Assembly: GCA_028534125.1 (NCBI GenBank)
Contig: CM052816.1
Location: 7,690,001 to 7,754,000, forward strand
Length of the DNA: 64,000 nt
Source of the DNA: Lama glama
Lineage: Eukaryota
Reading direction: 5' to 3'
The position numbers were made by a program, and so were the translations under genes. Position 1 is the first letter of the stretch. The number at the start of each line of letters is the position of its first letter. Below the pieces are notes generated by a model that saw only the letters and a list, made by a program, of their open reading frames with translations, was not told the DNA's origin and did not search any database. This document shows, piece after piece, positions 11,800-23,416 of the stretch.

Positions 11800-14700
11800 T
11801 ATATACTATTGGTTCCATTATTTGAAGCAGTTTCCCTGCTATTAACATATTATATTACTGTGTTATATTTGTTACAATAAATGAACCAGTGGTGATACAT
11901 CATTATTAACTAAAGTCCATACTTTATTCAGATTCCTTTAGTTTTTATCTGATGTCCTTTTTCGGTTCCAGGATTCCATCCAGGATACTACATTATTTTT
12001 AGCCATCATGTCTCCTTAGGCTCCTCTTGGCTGAAGCAGTTTCTCTGGCTTTCCTTGTTTTCATAATTTCAACAGTTTTGAGAAGTCCCGGTCATGTATT
12101 CTGTGAAATGCTCCCCTATTGGGATTGTCCCGTTGTTTTTCTCATGCTTAGACTGCAGTTATGTGTTCTGGGGAGGGAGACCACAGAGGCAAAGTACCAT
12201 TTCATCATATTATATCAAGGGTTCATGCTATGAACGTGACTTATCGGTGTTGACATTGATGTTGGTCCTCCGTCTGAGGTAGTGTTTGTCAGCGTTTCTC
12301 CACTGTAAAGCTGCTTTTCCCACCCTCTCTTTCCACGTTATTCACTTTAGAGTCACTGTGCATAGCACACACTTAAGGACTGAGAAGTTATGCTCTCCAT
12401 TCTTGAAGACTGAGTATCTACTGATTTTTAAACTATTTGTTATGTTGCTCTAGGGTTTAGACAGTCTCTCTCAATTAATCATAATCTCCTTCAGATTAGT
12501 ATGAATTTAATTCTGGTGATATATAGAAAACTTGCTTCATTCTGCCTACCTTTGTGCTATTATTGTCATATATATAATGTCTCTAAACATTAAAATCCAA
12601 AGTACAGTGTTGTAACTGTTGCTTTATATAATTTTATGTCTTTTGAAGAAACTAAGAGAAGAAAGGACACACATACATAATTTGTTAAAAAATGATCATT
12701 TCTGGCACTCTTCAGTTTTTTCTGTGGTTTCAAGTTACCATCTGATGTCACATCTTTATTCCCCTAGAACTTCTCTGTTTCTCCCCTCCTTTGCACTGTA
12801 AAATATATTATACCTCTCTATATAGGTATATATAGGCCCAACAATTCACTTTTTAAAAACATTTATAGAGATACTGTTCACATACCATACAATTCACCTA
12901 CTGAATGTGTACAATTCAGTGGTTTCAGAATATTTACAGACATGTGCAACCATCACCACAGTCAATATTAGAACATTTTCCTTTAGCCACCATCCCCCTA
13001 TCTCCTCTCCCCCTCCTCTAGCCCTAAGCAGCCACTAGTCTACCCCTTGTCTCTAGAGAATTGTGTATTCTGGACATTTCATATAACTTGAATCATACGA
13101 TATGTGGTCTTTTGTGACTGACTTCAATTCACTTAGCATAATGTTTTCAAGTTTCATCTATGTTGTACTGTGTAATTCATTCTTTTTTGTGGCTGAATAA
13201 TGTTCCATTATATAGATATACCACATTTTGCTTATTCATTCCTCAGTTAGTGGACATTTGGGTGGTTTATACCTTTTACCTATTGTGAATAGTGGTGCTT
13301 TGAGCATTTATGTACAAGGTCTTGCATGGACATATATTTTCATTCCTCTTGGGTGTATACCTAGGAGTGGAGTTGCTGGGTTCTATGGTAGCCCTGTGTT
13401 CAGTCATTTGAGGAATTTGAGTGTTTTCCAAATCGGCTGCATCATTTTACATTCCTACCAGCAGTGTATATTGTCTACAAGAAACTCACTGAAATATAAA
13501 GACACAGATTAAAAGACAGTTCCTCCCACCGATCCCTATGACATTACTGTCATTCCTTCCACTTGGCATTATAGGCTATAATCAACCAATATATTACCAT
13601 TAGTCTTTTGAACAAACTTATTAGTTAGATCACTTAAGGCTACAAAAAAAATTAAAGCTTGTATTTTGCCTTCACTTATTCCTTTTCTAACACTCTTCCT
13701 TCCCTTATTATTATTTTTCACTATTATTTTTCCTTCCTTTATTTTGATTTTCTGACCTAGATTGTTTTCCTTCTTTCTGTGAAGCTCTTTTAACATTTCT
13801 TGCAAGGCAGGTCTACTGGCAACAAAGTCCCTCCATTTTTGTATGTCTGAGGGGGCATGTCTCCTTAAACTTTTGGAGGGTCCAGTCTTTTTCTTTGTTT
13901 TTCAGACACCACTTCTGACACCAAATATGGTTTTTCCGTACCAATTCTCCAACACTAATTTTAGGTTTACCTGGCTAGGACTTTGGCTAAGGTTTATGTT
14001 TGCTGTAGTTGTAAGAGGCTAAAATTTCCTCCAGTGTCCTTATTTTTGTCTCCTCTGTTATCTTCAGTTTTCTCTTGAAACTCCCGCTCAAAGAGCATCT
14101 GAGCTTTGCAGTTATCTTAGCTATGCTTATACAGGCTGACTGATACGATGGTATGATGTGGAGGGAGGGGAGCATCCTATAATCCTCTGATGAGGTACCA
14201 ATCTTAGTGAGGCTGTGCTCCTGGGCTGGGGCTTAAAAGCGCTCTCAGCATCTCCCACCCATCAGGTAAGACACTAAGTTTAAAGGGAGCTGGAGTTGGA
14301 TATTTCTTTCCCTCCATGTACATAAAAGGCTAGAGAGGAGTGGAACTGAATTATTTTCCTTCCCTCAAGTTAAAACAGTTTCTTTTGAGGCAAGCCCTTT
14401 CTTAAAACAGTTTCTTCCCTTAGGTTCTGGTTAAAAGTTTCTTCTGTTGCAAGTCCTATCTTAAAAAGAACAGAATGCTCTGGGTATATTTCAAAACGGT
14501 TACTTTACTGCTCCCTCTGCCAGAATTTTTCCCTGATTTTCACCAGAAGAACCTGGTAGGATTCCTGGAGGTAGGATTCATGAAAGTGTGGTGGGCCCCC
14601 TAAGACTGAACCCCTAGTTTTTAACTCTCACGCTAGTTCACCGTGAGTCTCTAGCAGTTCATCAGTTACAATCTAAGTGTTCCTACCGATACTGGCTCCA

Positions 14701-15130
14701 CTGGTGAGCTTCTGTTCCTAGTAACCTCTCCCTATTTGCCTTTCTCTCCAGTTTTCGGGAAAGCAGTTTGTCCTGTGACCTAAATTCTCTGCAGGAAACA
14801 AGAAGAATTAGTTGTTGATTTCCACTTTGTTCAGATTTTTTTTTTTATATTGAAGATGAGAGTGGCAAGTTCTAAGATTTTCCTGTGTTGGATAAGAAAC
14901 CAGAAGTCTGGTCAGTTTATTTTTCTTCGATCTTTTTTTCTCTCTGTTCTCAGATTCCATCATCTCTAATGATCTTATTTTCAAATTTACTAATTCTTCT
15001 GCCAACTTAAATCTACTGTTGATCCCTACAGTGAACTTTATTTCAGGTATTGCACTTTTCAACTCCAGAATTCATTTGGTTCTTTCAAATAATCTTATGT
15101 ATTGGTATTCTCTATTTGACGAGTTACTTT
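11800..15130 (-). mobile_element. Antisense L1M mosaic with a nested L1MB-like 3' end (~12850-13470)
   Basis: L1 3'UTR motifs ('ccaggattccatccaggatactacatt'); ORF1-like peptide in ORF 14808-15062 (GINSRFKLAEE). Confidence 0.7.
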
Positions 15131-15149
15131 CATGAACATCGTTTCCTTT

Positions 15150-15565
15150 TACTTGGTTGCCATACAAAACAGAAATTTATTTTCTCACAGTTCTGGAGGT
15201 TGGAAGTCCAAGATCAAGGTGCAGGCAGGGCTGGTTTCCTCTGAGGCCTCCCTCTGTGTAACTGCATCACTGGTATCCTAATCCCTTATAAGGACAGCAG
15301 TCAGATTGGATTAGACCTAACGGCCTCATTTAAATTTAATTACTCTTTTTTATGGGGGGGGGTAACTAGGTTTACTTATTTATTTATTCTTAGAGTAAGT
15401 ACTGGGGATTGAACCCAGGACCTCATGCATGCTAAGCATGCACTCCACCACTGAGCTATACCCTCCCCTCTAAACTTAATTACACTTTAAAAGCCCTATC
15501 TCCAAATACAGTTACATTATGAGGGACTGGGGGTTAGGACCTCAACATATGGATTTGGGGGGACA
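15150..15565. mobile_element. MaLR LTR (MLT1A/B-like) interrupted by a SINE
   Basis: 'aacagaaatttattttctcacagttctggaggttggaagtccaagatcaaggtg' and end 'gttaggacctcaacatatggatttgggggga-ca'. Confidence 0.8.
15349..15470 (-). mobile_element. tRNA-derived SINE (vic-1-like, camelid)
   Basis: Reverse strand reads GAGGGGAGGGTATAGCTCAGTGG...GGTTCAATCCCCAGTAC (A and B boxes) with an AT-rich tail. Flanked by an 18-bp TSD taaa(t/c)ttaattac(t/a)cttt at 15331-15348 and 15471-15488. Confidence 0.9.
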
Positions 15566-16648
15566 ATAATAATATATAAGAAGGGGGTAATTTAGTCACC
15601 AAAAACAACTATTTAAATTGTAGTGAGTGTTGTAAGAGGCTATGGCCATTTTCTTTTGCTCACTCTCATATAATATCTATCTCCTACTTATATACGTTAG
15701 TTAATAACAACACCTTTACATGCTCTATCGCTGAACAAGAAGTAGCAGAAGTCTTTTATATATACCAAAAAGCAACAGGAAAAAAGTCCATTTTACACTT
15801 TAGAATTGTATAGTATTTAGAATACAATTCATGGAAAAGAAGAAAGTCGTATTTAATGTGGAAAATCTTGATAGATAGCATTCTACATATAATACTTGTT
15901 TTACATTCACAATTGTTAGCTTCACATGTGCAATTCCAACATGTATATGATTATGTAAAGTGCGTAACATAATTTAGTACAGCTGGGAATATAATGCCTT
16001 CATATTTTGCAGATTTTCCACATATGATTTTCCAATTTTGTTCTGATTAGTGCACTTATTAATATTTCAAGTCTTTGTAATCCACAGTGAGCATTTATCA
16101 TTTAACAAGGAGGTGTACTTTCTGTAATGTTTTCTAGAAATACTTTGGCATCACATCTGAAATACGATTGCTACAGAAACAGAGCTATACATTTTCCTAA
16201 ATATGTTGAATTAATAGGAGTCTTCTTATTAGGACATCTTGGTATCTAATAAGGTTTGATTCCTAGTGAAGGCTGTCACTGTAATTTTTAGTTGAACATA
16301 TTCCCACATTAGTTTCTCTTTTAGGGAACTCTTCCTTTGTGAGTCCTCTTATGGCGACAAGAGGGCTAAGCTATGTCGGAAGGCCTTCCCACACTGATCG
16401 CATTCATAGCGTTTTTCTCCTGTGTGAGTTCTGTGATGTATAATGAGGTCAGACTTTTCAGAAAAGGCTTTTTTATATTCATTACATTCATAAGGTTTCT
16501 CCCCAGTATGGATTTTCTTATGTCTCATAAGGCCAGATACTTCACTGAAAGCTTTCTCACACTTGATACGTATGCAAGGCTTCTCTCCTGTGTGTATCCT
16601 CTGATGTACAAAGAGGTGCGACTTCATGCTGAAGGCTCTCCCACATTA

Positions 16649-16783
<135 letters not shown>

Positions 16784-18074
16784 TTATGGGAGAAAGCTTT
16801 TCTACATTCAGTACACTCATAAGGCTTCTCTTGGGTATGGATGCTCAGATGTATAATGAGATTTGATTTCCTGCTGAAAGCTTTTCCATAGTCAGTACAT
16901 ACAAAGGGCTTTTCTCCTGAATGAGTTCTCTGATGTATAAGGTCTGACTTCTGGAAGAAGGCTTTCCCACACTCACTACATTCATTTTTTTCTTGCGTAT
17001 TTTCTATTGCCACTAAATAAGTCTAAATAGTTCAGACTTTTACCATAATACGAGTCATATCTCTGGAGTCTTTGTTTTGAAGAAACAAAATTTGTGCTCA
17101 GATGACATCTATTTTCAAGTGCATTACAACTGTTTGTTACCCTTTTCTTTAGTCACAGTTTCCTGGTCAGTGAATACAACACGCCTCAAAAGTGTTTCTT
17201 GGTTCTCTTGGTGCCTCTCCATGCGGTCGTCAACTTGCCAGACTTCTTCTAGAATGAAGCATAATAAACTATATGTTGGTGAATATTTCTGCTAATGTAT
17301 TATGTATGGCTCATGACTTTTTGCTCTGCTGTGAGCCTGAAGCTTTACTTTGAGGGCAAATGTCCATATCTAAAAGAAATACCAAGGCTGAGTGGAATCT
17401 ATATCCCTGAGCTTAGCAGGAAAGCCACATTAAAAAAAAATTGTACTAGTAGAAACAGAACCAGATAATATGATGATGAGCATAAATATATCTGGCTATA
17501 TGCAAACAAGACTTTGCAAACTGGGGAGAAAGATGGAAATAATGCCAAGGAGTAGTAAAAAGGAACAAAGAAGAACAGCTGCGACTGGGTCAGTGAGAAG
17601 GTCCATCTAGGAGAATTAAAAGTGACGAGGGTAAAATGATGATTAGAGGAAATAAAGGAAGGACTGGATGAGGAACAGAGAGATGTGAGCTAGTGTCTCA
17701 GCAACTCACTGTTGGATTGCTGTAATTTAACCTTCACTTGCCTCTGCTTCCAGTGTCTTGGAGCTCTTGTCTAGTTATCTATCAGTATGAAACTGATTTT
17801 TATGAAACCATCAATTCCAGCTGCCAACAGGAATACTTTTGTAGCCAGTGCTTTAAAAAGCCTTATAATAGTAATTCATTCCTGTATGGGTATGAGGGCC
17901 CAGGAACTCATGTCCAGTGAGAGGAAAACAGGCCATGGGATAAATCAAATACTACTTGACTCAGAATTAGATTCACTGCTGAATTCTGATTGCTGAGTGT
18001 ACCATCTTATTCTGTAATAGTTCACAAATACTGCATTGATCCTGATTTTTAACTGCTCTCTACCTACCAAATAT

Positions 18075-18370
18075 GGAAAAGACATGAGGACAAATATTGT
18101 ATGATTCTACTTATATGAGGTACCTAGAATAGTCAAAGCATAGTAATAGGAAGTAGAATATTGGTTACAAGTGCCTGGGGGAAGGTAGAACAGAGAGTTA
18201 TTTTTTTAATGGGTACAGAGTTTCAGTCTGTGGTGATGCAGAGTTTTCTGGAGATGGATGGTGGTGATGGTTGCAACAATACAAATGTACTTAATACTAC
18301 TAAACTGTACACTTAAAAATGGTTAAAATGGTAAATTTTGTTATCTATATTTTGCCACAATTTAAAAAAA
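18075..18370 (+). mobile_element. L1MB-like 3' end
   Basis: 'ggacaaatattgtatgattctacttatatgaggtacctag...tgtacacttaaaaatggttaaaatgg' followed by an A-rich tail. Confidence 0.85.
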
Positions 18371-18911
18371 GAGAAAAATATCTCCTCAAGATCCTTAATG
18401 AAGTTGATAGGAATGACAGGCAGAATACACCAAAAAGGGAAAATGTAAGTCTCTAACAGTCTTGCAAAAAAAGCACATTAATATGGGAAGATGGTACAGA
18501 GAAATGGTGTTAACTTATGTTAACTGTTCCCAGTTATTTCCAAAGGTTCAAGGCCTTTAGAAGAGAGTCTGAAGTATGTTTCTCAAAGACGCCAGCCCTC
18601 ATTGACCAGATGTGACCATCATTTCATTCACTTCTATCTGCACAATTTTTCACCTAACTCACCTGGGTATCTCTTACTTGGGATTTCTCTCTCCACCATC
18701 CATGGTTCTCCTTGTTCCAACTTGTGGATCACAGCAGACTTGGTGGTTTGATAACCTGTCAATGGAAAATGATACGGGATTTGGACCTAGCTGCCTGGGT
18801 TTCAGATCTTTTGAACTCTTAACTTCATCATGGATTGCCTGATAAAGGTGCCCATTTGTACCTAAAAAGAAGAAGTTCTTTTGTTTTTGTTTTTTTGTTT
18901 TTGAAGAGAGG

Positions 18912-19106
18912 TTTTTTGCTTGTTTGTTTTTGTTTTTCACATTTTTAACACTTTATTTTTTTCTTGTGCTTTTTTTTAGGGGGGGAAGGGAGGTAATTAG
19001 GTTTATTTATTTATTATTATTTATTTTAATGGAGGTACTGGGGATTGAATCCAGGACCTTGTGCACGCTAAGCACGTGCTCTACCACTGAGCTATACCCT
19101 CCCCTC
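18912..19106 (-). mobile_element. tRNA-derived SINE (vic-1-like) in the KRAB-A/B intron
   Basis: 'ggaggtactggggattgaatccaggacc...ccactgagctataccctcccctc' with a long T-rich tail; flanking near-repeat aagagagg(a)tttt. Confidence 0.9.
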
Positions 19107-21989
19107 TAAAGAGAGGATTTTAAACAAACATGTAGCCATGCCTCTCAAGAGACTGTCAGTCTTAGTCTACTGAGACTCAGAGCCACACTTTTAAAAGTGT
19201 TTCAAAGGATTGGCAATTTGGGGCAACTGAGAAAGGAATAGCAGTCAGCCAGGTACATGCCAATCAACACTGGGAAATGTCCTCACCCACTGAGATGAGG
19301 TTGATACAGTTCTCCAGCATCATATCCCTGTACAGATCCCTCTTGGGAGGGTCCAGGTACTGCCATTCCTCCTGGGTGAAATCCACAGCCATAACCTGGA
19401 ATGATCCTGGTCCCTGTAACAACACATTCTTATTCCAACTAAAATGATCTATATTGCATAAAATGTAAAACAAATTGCATGGCAACTTGTTCCTAAGCAT
19501 GTTCATTAGTTGGTCATGCTTCCTGAAATTTAGCTCCATTTCATTTTGGGTGACATCACACTAAACTGGTCACACTCTGTTTCTCTAGCACTGAGCTTTG
19601 ATGCCTATTTGTCTAGTTTATATTCCATTTTGTGGGCGATACAGAACTCATATCTGAAATACTTTATACTTGTAAAGTAATTACCCATTCATTTAGTAAG
19701 TCATTAAACATTTATTGAGTACCCACTACATGTACAGAACTGGTCGTCTTAGACACAAAGGATAAAATATTGGAAGCTGATCCAATTTGCAAATATGCCA
19801 AGCCATAGAAAAAATGCTTACTCAGTATCAAAAGTTATAGAATGATTAGACACTGTTCAGACTGCTCCCATAAGCTTTTAAGCAAAGAATAAAACACTTC
19901 AATTCTCAATGTTTCAAATTATGGTGTACTAAATATTTATCTTTATTATTTTTCATTTCCCTAGACTTGTATAACCAATAGTAAGAGATAATTTAACGTT
20001 TTGAAAAAAATTTTAAGGTGACAGAATAGTAGTAACCAATGGGGAAAATCTCATTGATTATCACAATTGCTTTGCACTATTTCAGGTCATGTGGTCATTT
20101 TTTACAATCCTGCATTACTCTTCCTGTATAGCAAAACTAACTTACCTGGGACTTTGTCATTTTCTGTAGCCCTTAGGTGAAGGCAGAGATCTATGAAGAC
20201 AAAGACAGGATGAGAGACTGAGCCATGAGAGACCAGGTATGACTTGAAGATTCCAGAATCACTGGTGTAATAACCCCCAACAGAGGTACCCATACAAACC
20301 CATACACAGGTGCTTTGACAGTTGGGCTGAAGAAGCCACTCTGTGAGAGAATGTCCCTTGGGTCCTCTAGAATTCATTGAGAGAAAACCACAGATTTGCA
20401 CTAAAATTTAGATACAGGATATCTGTTGTAGTACTTTTTCACATACTGAAAGTTGAAACAAATTAAGGAACTGGTTAAACAAATAGATATATACCCCAGA
20501 GATAAATCTGCAGTCATCAGAAATGATGTTGCTAAATATTTATCGGAATGTAAATGGTAGTTGATGCACACCCTTCTCTAACTCTCTAGCCATGCCTTCT
20601 GCGGAGCAGGGCTATAGGAACAGAGACAGGCTGGAGTCTGAAAGTAGGGTGTAGCAGTAACAAGTTCTCAGTGGGACACAGGAACTAGGCAGAAACATCA
20701 ACAGACTTGAAAATATAGTTTCCACAAGGTGAGATTCATTCCACAGTCCCTCTGGAATCTTCCCCAGGGGAACTGAGATGCAGGTGCCTGTGGTTTAAGC
20801 TGAAGAGCCGCAGAGTTCAGTCAAATGCTGTGCTTTAGGTTGGGAGACACTCTGTAAGGAGGAGGTGATCTGGAGACAAATATCTGGGCTTGAATTTACC
20901 TGCTGGCTATTTGACCTTGGGCAAGTCACTTCACTCTTCTGAGCCTCAGTAAAATTGGAAATAATACCTGTGTTGTACCAGTGACTTTTATCTTTTTTTA
21001 AAAAAATTAATGTAACAAATATATTTACAAAACAACCTAATGTTAATGTAGGTGTTTGTGGGTGTGTGTGTGATGTGCATGCATCCATGCTAGCTGTTCC
21101 CTCTGCCTGGCACAGACATCCACTATGTCATCAAGACTTTGCTCAAATGTCAAGGATGTCTCCCTGTCTACCTAATTTAAACTTAACCCTTTCTCCATTT
21201 CCCTTATCCTGATCTACTTTTTCTTTGTGTATAACACGTTACCTTCTAGTATACTATATAATTTACTGATTTATTATGCTTATTGTTTATTGACTGTCTC
21301 TACTCGCTAAAACTAAAATTTCATGAAGGCAGGGAATTTTGTCTGAATGGTGGTGTATCCCCAGCACCAGGGGACAGTGTTTGGCTCATAGATGCTCAGT
21401 AGTCATTGGAAAAAATACGTTTGTAGCAGTAGCAAGTTTCATAAAACAATGCTTGTCACATGGATAGGTATGTGATAGTTTACAGACTTTATTTCATTTT
21501 TTAAAGGCTCACATACAAGTGTACATACTATAGTATTCCATTTATATGATCTAGAAAGGCAAAATTAACCTACAGAAATAGAAATTGGAAAACTGGTTGT
21601 TTCTTGAGCATGTGGCGAGAAGGACTGTGGAAAGGGCAGGACTTTCTGGGGGATTAAAATGTTCTGTATTTTGATGGAACGGTAGTCAAAAGGGTGTATA
21701 CAACAAATTTTACATTTTTATTCTCTGTAAGTTATGTGCAAGTCATTCTATGTAAATTATAACCCAACTTTAAAAAAGTACTGGCAAATAAAAATACTAG
21801 TCTTGACTCACTAAAGAGATTTCATCACTCATACTCACTACTATACTGGGTTTCAGCCCACAGTTTGAAAAACTGACTTTCAGAATTGCTGTGGGGTTAA
21901 AGTTAGACACCTTTGGAAAAGCAGGGAGCACTCGACGGACAACATTTCAGACCTTCAGTAAAGCTTGGTTCTCTTTCCACACCTTGTAG

Positions 21990-22640
21990 GGCGCTCCTCA
22001 CTGAGATGTCAGCCACTTGCGCGCTCAGGATACTGCTGGATGCGCTCCGGGCCATGACACCTGCAGCGCCCGCGCACCGCGCCGGGTCCCCGAACCCGCA
22101 AGCACGCAGTCCAGGGAGTCTGCCCATCCGGGGCTCACGGACTCGGGTAGGGAAAGGCCACTGCAGCTTTTGACACACCTCGGTCTACGCCTATACTCCA
22201 AAGTCTGGCTGCGCCCTACTGTTTTCCCCCCTCATACCCGCGCCATCTTCCTTCCCACGGCGCACCTCCAGTCCCCACCAAGGCGAAACAGGTGAGGAGC
22301 TTAAACTTTCCGGACTCATCCCAGTCTGGGGGCACCGCCCTGAGGAGTTGGGGGGCACACATGCGCAGAAGAAGCCGCCAGGGGTAGGCTCGCCCTAGCG
22401 CGGTCCCTCCGACTGCAAACTACATTTCCCACAATGCCCGCGCCGCGCTGCTGCACATGCGCAGCGAGAGGCCAGGTGCGCGCGAGGTGGAGTCCCGGCG
22501 CATTCTACCTGATTGGAGCGCTGCCAAGCCCCTTCCCCGCTGAAGCCCGTGAGCGGCTGACACGCAAGCTCCGTGCGCCACGAACGTAGCGGTGGGGTCC
22601 GGGCCTGCTTCGCTTGGAGAATTCTCCCCGTTGGATCGCG
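21990..22640 (-). promoter_or_regulatory. CpG-island promoter of the minus-strand KRAB-ZNF locus
   Basis: CpG-dense region. ZNF143/THAP11-type composite AACTACATTTCCCACAATGC at 22418-22437, NRF1-like (TGC)ACATGCGCA at ~22360 and ~22452, inverted CCAAT at ~22511. Confidence 0.8.
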
Positions 22641-22999
22641 TTTGGCTAAAAATTTGGGGACTTAACTCTGGAGTTTGAGTTGGAGCTCAAGGCCTTTTGA
22701 GTTTCTTGCCGTCACCCTTTCCACTTCTCTGAGTGGGCCTGTGAGTATAAAGTTATGACAGAAAAGGGGACTATATCGCAGAGATTTCAGTAAAATGCCT
22801 ACAAATTGAAGCTAACAATGGTTGAAGTTAGTATTCTGTGACCAAGTGGGATAATTCCTAAGAACACAGACAGTAGTTTATACTGATTACACAAAGTTAA
22901 TGACCAGTAGCAAACTCATCTGAGTAATATTTAAAAAGAAAAACCTGAAAAAGCTTCGAGACGTTTTCCTCCATGTGGCAGTTCAGTATCAAGGAGATG

Positions 23000-23416
23000 T
23001 GTTATCAACCCTTTCAAATTGGGCCTCAACAAGGGTCCTCCTCAGAAGCAAATGAAAGCTTTATTCTTCTGTCAAAAGAGAGGTGCCAGCTCACGCTGTG
23101 GGTCACGTGCTCTCCTGAAATGTCACTAGCAGGCTGCTTTATAGGGTATTTGCCTGCAGGAGGAGGGCAAATTTTTCCCCAGTGGGCGCAGGTGTGTCTG
23201 AGCCCGGTATCTCTGCACAGGTGCGCTGCTGCCATTTTGAACTGAGGTGGAATTGAGAAGCGTTTCTGCACACTCCAAGCCAAGTTGGGGTGCCGAGCAC
23301 AGCGGTTCTGCATTGGGAACTCTAACCTGACGTGTTAGGTGCAAGGCCTCTGCACGCAGCCCTCTACAGGCAAGTGAAACAAGACTAAGCGCTAAAGATG
23401 AGGTTAGACCTTATCA
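23000..23416 (-). mobile_element. 3' LTR of a gamma-like (ERV1) provirus
   Basis: Minus strand runs TGATAAGG...GATAACA with TATAAAG (23143-23137) then AATAAA (23065-23060). A purine-rich tract and the env tail lie immediately upstream. Confidence 0.8.

Noticed and set aside
15395..15470. Functional tRNA gene (also at ~19035-19106 and ~32725-32801)
   Set aside because: The tRNA-like heads carry SINE tails, are dispersed within other repeats, and at least one has a clear TSD; they are SINEs.
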